Positions 58,888-64,000 of a stretch of DNA of 64,000 nt are shown here, in pieces. Origin of the DNA: Torpedo marmorata. Lineage: Eukaryota. The notes beneath the pieces are model-generated. The model was given only the letters and a program-made list of their open reading frames with translations, had not been told where the DNA came from and ran no database searches. The DNA lies in NCBI GenBank assembly GCA_977017645.1, contig OZ360220.1, positions 107,198,001 through 107,262,000 on the forward strand, in the 5' to 3' direction. Position 1 is the first letter of the stretch, and every line of letters begins with the position of its first letter. Made by a program: the position numbers and the translations under genes.

Positions 58888-59788
58888 GTGCAGATAACAA
58901 TAAGATTGGAGGTGTTGTGGACAGAGAAGAAGGTTTTCAAAGCTGGCAGAGGGACATGGACCAGCTGGAAAAATGGGCTGAAAAATGACAGATGGAATTA
59001 AAAGTAGACAAGTGTGAGGTGTTGCATTTTGGAAGGACATACACGGTGAATGGTAGGGCACTGAGGAGTGCGGTAGAACAGAGGGATCTGGGAATACAGA
59101 TACATAATTCCCTGAAAGTGGCGTCACAGGTAGACAGGGTTGTAAAGAGAGCTTTTGGCATATTGGCCTTCAAAAATCAAAGTATTGAGTATAGGAGCTG
59201 GGATTTTATGATAAAATTGTATAAGACATTGATGAGGCCAAATTTGGAGTATTGTGTGCAGTTTTGGTCACCTAACAACAGGAAAGATATCAACAAGATA
59301 GAAAGAGTGCAGAGACGATTTATTAGGATGTTGCCTGGACTTGAGGAATTGAGTTACAGGGAAAGGTTAAACAGGTTAGGACTTTATTCCCTGGAGCGTA
59401 GAAGAATGAGGGGATATTTGATAGAGGTATTTAAAATTATGAGAAGGATAGACAGAGTAAATGTAGATAGGCTTTTTCCACTGAGGGTAGGTCAGATACA
59501 AACCAGAGGACATGGGTTAAGAGTGAAAGGGGAAAAGTTTAGGCGGAACATGAGAGGTAACTTCTTCACACAGAGTGGTGGGAGTGTGGAACGAGCTGCC
59601 AGCTGAGGTGGTGAATGCAGGCTCAATTTTAATATTTAAGAAGAATTTGGACAGGTTCATGGATTGGAGAGGTATGGAGGGGTATGGACTGGGTGCAGGT
59701 CAGTGGGACAAGGCAAAAGAAAATGGTTCGGCACAGACTATAAGGGCCGAAGGGGCCTGTTTCTGTGCTGTAATGTTCTATGGTTCTA
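58888..59788 (+). mobile_element. CR1 LINE 3' fragment
   Basis: ORF 58992-59606 (DKCEVLHFG, LEYCVQFWSP) and the ttctatggttcta tail. Confidence 0.92.
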
Positions 59789-60397
59789 TATGTACGAAAT
59801 GAAGTGAGGAAAGTTCAGGGGAGACATCGGGATAAGTTTTTCACACAGTAGTTGTGGGTGCCTGGAATGCCTTGCCAGGGTTGGTAGTGGAGGTTGAAAC
59901 ATCAGGGGCATTTAAGGGACTCTTAGGCACATGCATGAAAGAAAAATAGAAGGTTACGAGTTAGGAAGGGTTTTGTAGTTTTTTTGGCAGGAATATATCG
60001 ATTGGCACATCAAGGGCCTGTACTGTGCTGTAATGCTCTTTGTTCCATAATCTGGAGTTTAGGTTCGATAAGAGCTGTGCAGATGTTGCAGTCCAGTAGT
60101 GGCGCTCGTTGGATGTAATGTCTTAATTTGGCCGCTCTGTACCCCATCAATTCTGTCCATACTTGCCGCTGTCTCAGAAAAGCTGCCAATGTCATAAAGG
60201 ACCCATCCCACCCCGGTCACACTCTCTTCTCCCTCCTTCCGTTAGGCAGAAGATGCACGAGCTGGAACACACAAAACTCCAGATTATAGGACAGTTATGA
60301 GGCACTTAAATGGAACTCTCATTTGAAATAGATAATGCCCTTGCACAGTTTGAACTGCATTTTTCTCTCACCTGCACTTTATCTTGGCAACAATATA

Positions 60398-61106
60398 CAG
60401 TAAAATCCCTGGTATCCAGCACCTATGGGGATTGGTGTATTTTCTAGTTGCTTGAGACTCACTCTTACAACGCCTAACTAACACACCTGTATTAAGAATA
60501 AACAGTTTAAAACACAAAAATACTACACTGTACTTGCACTGAACAAACTTCACTTGCATGAATATATAAACCTTAAAGCATTTTACTTTATTTTCAGTCA
60601 CATTCTTTGAAAACATTTAACCGTCGCTGCATCTGCAGGTTCTTCCCCCTCCATGAAACCGCCCGAAAGACAAACAATAACATTATAGATATGGTAATTA
60701 ACCCCTTCCCCCAGGTTTACAGATAAAACCTCTGACCAGGCGACTCTTACTAAGCAGGGATAAGGAGACACTTTGAGAGTCACCTCAACGGCGAGCGGCA
60801 TCAACCAGCTCTTCATCCTGGACGACGCCATTTTATTCAAACACAACTTTATTCAAATTTTATTCAAACAGCTGCTACAAGCAAAGCACGACCAAGGCAC
60901 AACGCTGGCTGAATATTTGCTCCCATCTTCAGCAAATGTTTGTGTTACTTCAGAGAACATTACTTTTACAATTTTAAACTTACATATTTTAACCTATTAT
61001 TTTATTCTTATTTATTTTAATTTTTTGTATTTATTTTCCACAATTTTTTTTGCCAGTTGCTTGAGGCTGCCGGTTGCTTGAATTCCAGATACCAGGGATT
61101 TTGCTG
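60398..61106. mobile_element. Tigger/pogo-like MITE (longer form)
   Basis: CAGTAAAATCCCTGGTATC / GATACCAGGGATTTTGCTG TIRs; TA TSD. Confidence 0.85.
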
Positions 61107-62612
61107 TACGGTAGTAATTTGACTTCCTGTAACATTATACCAAACACTTGAGTTTTACTGTTGTGCTTAAGTATGAGTTGACTTGCCTGGAAGCAGCTAA
61201 GCAAAGCTTTTTACTGTACCTTGGTACATGTGACAATAAATGGTAATGTTTTGTGAGGGCGAACATCACAGTTCTGTGAATGATTTTTCATTTTCCCTTT
61301 AGTCAACCAGATGGAGGCTCACATTGTATCGCCAGAGCAGGAGCAGCTTCTGTTCCTGGAGTTGCACTTGATGTGTGCCTCAGTCTGTTTATTGCCAAAA
61401 CTGAAATTAAATGAAAGCATTCATTCTCGAAAAAAAGTCTGACATTTGATCTTGCAATGCACTTGTATATCAAGTCCTGGTAGGGTGCACAAGGTGTGTG
61501 ACACAGTTTTTATTTGTTTAAATAATCACTTTGAGATTTAATTTCATTTGATTTTCTCAACCATCCCCATGAGTTTATTGTAGTACAGGTTATACATTGT
61601 ATAATGTAGATATGCACCACAATTCTTATTTGCTACAGCTGAACGGGTACTTTGGTGAAAAAAATATAAACAACTCAAAAAACACAGCTAACTACTAAAT
61701 GCTTAATTTAATTAAAAAAGATAATAAATACACAATAAGATAGATAATATTCACAGCTATCCGTGCAAAAAAAAAGTGACAGCGATTGTGCATGCAGTCC
61801 TTTTGGGGTTGGTGCAATAAAGGGAGGTTCAAGAGCCTGATGTCTTGTGCTCTCAAATTTTAACGAAGGTGGTTATATTAAGCACAGGATGAAATTCTAT
61901 GAAAATCATTGGCTTGATAACAAGAAAATTCAGCGCAATAAAGATGTTGCAATTTCTTAACGTAACCGTTGCAATTATTTTAAAAAGAAAATTAAACACT
62001 TTGTTGAAAAGAAGAATCTTAAAGTTGTATGGGGTGCAAGCAATGTTTGTGGGAACTGACAAAGTCCTTTCTGGAGAATGACTTCTGGCCAGTTTCAACT
62101 GGCTATTGTGAATCCAAGTTGATTGATAAGATTCAAGATTCCTTTATTGTCATGTAATAAAACAAGTGTAATATTACATGAAATATGCTTTAGTCTGCCA
62201 TAAGGCAGGCATATATGCCATCAGCAGAAATTGCCAGGCGCCCCTTACAGTCAGAGAGAAGCAAAAGAGAATCCCCCAGTCACTGAGTTTCCGTGGATTC
62301 AGCCTACGTAGTTACACAGACTTCAGTCCAAACCATCGGCAACCCGAGCTCCAGATCTGAGCCTCCAGCACGATCAGGCACCATCCTTGTCTGTCCATAA
62401 TGAAGGTGGTGGGAACAGTAAAGCGAGGTTGTATTGGGCAACATCATAAGGAAATGTGAGTTGGCTCTGTGGATAAAATGCACTGCCAAGGTTCTATATA
62501 TATATATATATTCTATGTAAACTGTAGATCAGCCATTCTCAACGAGGGCCATACATATGGCCCCCTGGAGGCCACAATGCATTTAAGGGGGGGGGGCATG
62601 GACTGATAAATA

Positions 62613-63411
62613 TCCATATAACATTACAGCACAGAAACAGGCCTCTTCGGCCCTTCTAGTCTGTGCCGAACCATTTTTTTTTGCCCAGTCCCACTGACCT
62701 CCACCCAGTCCATAGCCCTCCATACCTCTCCCATCCATATACCTGTCCAAATTCCTCTTAAATGTTAAAATTGAGCCCGCATTCACCACTTCAGCTGGCA
62801 GCTCATTCCACACTCCCAACACTCTGTGTGAAGATCCCCCTCATGTTCCCCCTAAACTTTTCCCCTTTCACCCTTAACTCATGTCCTCTGGTTTGTATCT
62901 CACCTACCCTCAGTGGAAAAAGCCTATCTACATTTACTCTGTCTATCTCCCTCATAATTTTAAATACCTCTATCAAATCTCCCCTCATTCTTCTACACTC
63001 CAGGGAATAAAGTCCTAACCTGTTTAACCTTTCCCTGTAACTCAGTTCCACATTATCATCCAGATCATTGACATAGATGACAAACAACAATAGTCCCAGC
63101 ACTAATCCCTGAGCAACACCACTAGTCACAGGCCTCCAGTCTGAGAAACAATCATCCACTACTACTCTCTGGCTTCTCCCGTCCAGCCATTGTCGAATCC
63201 AGTTCACTACTTCACCATGAATACCTAGAGTCTGAACCTTCCTGACTAAACTCCCATGTGGGACCTTGTCAAAGGCCTTACTAAAGTCCATGTAGACAAC
63301 ATCCACAGCCTTTCGTTCGTCAACATTCCTGGTAACCTCCTCGAAAAACTCTATGAGATTGGTTAAACACGACCTACCACGCACAAAGCCATGTTGACTA
63401 TCCCTAATCAT
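62613..63411 (-). mobile_element. CR1 LINE fragment with an in-frame internal deletion
   Basis: ORF 62803-63411 joins DLDDNV directly to ELSYRERL. Confidence 0.92.
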
Positions 63412-63560
63412 TCCATCATAAAATATTTTTTATGTTTTTTATGCAGATGGTAGGAGAGAAGTCGGAAGAAACCAAAACTTGACTGCTTCACAGGGTATGG
63501 AGCCCATTAACTTTGAGCAGAGTCCTAAGCGGGCCATAGACAAAAACTTGTGGAATAGTA

Positions 63561-63779
63561 CAGTAAAACCTCTGGTATCCGGCACTGAAGGGGATTGGTA
63601 GATGCTGGATAAGTGAATTTTCCGGTTGCTTGAGATTACGTGTTGCATGATTGGCGAACTATCAGCGAGGTGTGCCAATTTTAAACTTCTATATTTTTTA
63701 CTTATTTATTTTCCGCGATTTTTTTTGCCGGTTGCTTGAGGCTGTTGGTTGCTTGAATTCCGGATGACGGGTTTCACCG
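63561..63779. mobile_element. Tigger/pogo-like MITE
   Basis: CAGTAAAACC start; TA flanks; homologous to 13387-13591. Confidence 0.8.
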
Positions 63780-64000
63780 TACCAATTTTTTGCTTTTGAT
63801 TAATTTAATGTTTAGTTAGTTCCACAATTACGGAATCATTTGTAGCGCCTTCATTTTATATTAGTTCCACATTTTCCTTCATCCTGAATGCAGTTTAGAA
63901 AATATCAGATATGAATATAAGTTTCAGCGATTGGTGATGTGACAAAACAGTCTGCAGGGGTCATGAAACTCATAATAGTTAATCATATTAACCAATTCAG

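Overview
Eukaryotic, repeat-dominated DNA (intron or intergenic) from a gapped assembly with four N-runs. The mix of abundant CR1, Rex1/Babar, V-SINE-like and Penelope terminal repeats suggests a cartilaginous fish; this is inference only. No host protein-coding gene, tRNA, rRNA or CRISPR array could be recognised. Identifiable content: (1) a SCAN-gag Gmr1-like Gypsy element (PR followed directly by IN) with three copies of its LTR; (2) a near-complete Mag-like Gypsy element with 5-bp TSD; (3) a seemingly intact pogo/Passer-type DD35D transposase flanked by inverted arrays of putative binding sites; (4) L1/Tx1, CR1 and Rex1 LINE fragments; (5) Penelope GIY-YIG remnants with minimal hammerhead-ribozyme motifs; (6) Harbinger-, Tigger- and hAT-type MITEs and a Tc1 fragment. 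Most notable: the Mag-like element has no tRNA primer site and instead carries a perfect 15-bp stem that would pair over the 5'-LTR poly(A) signal. It also has a YY1/ETS motif cluster in the gag-pol linker and a YLDN RT motif. Other highlights are a TSD-flanked fold-back of two Penelope termini, a CR1 copy with an in-frame GT..AG-bounded deletion, and a six-layer nested insertion. Family names come from motif recognition, not database searches.
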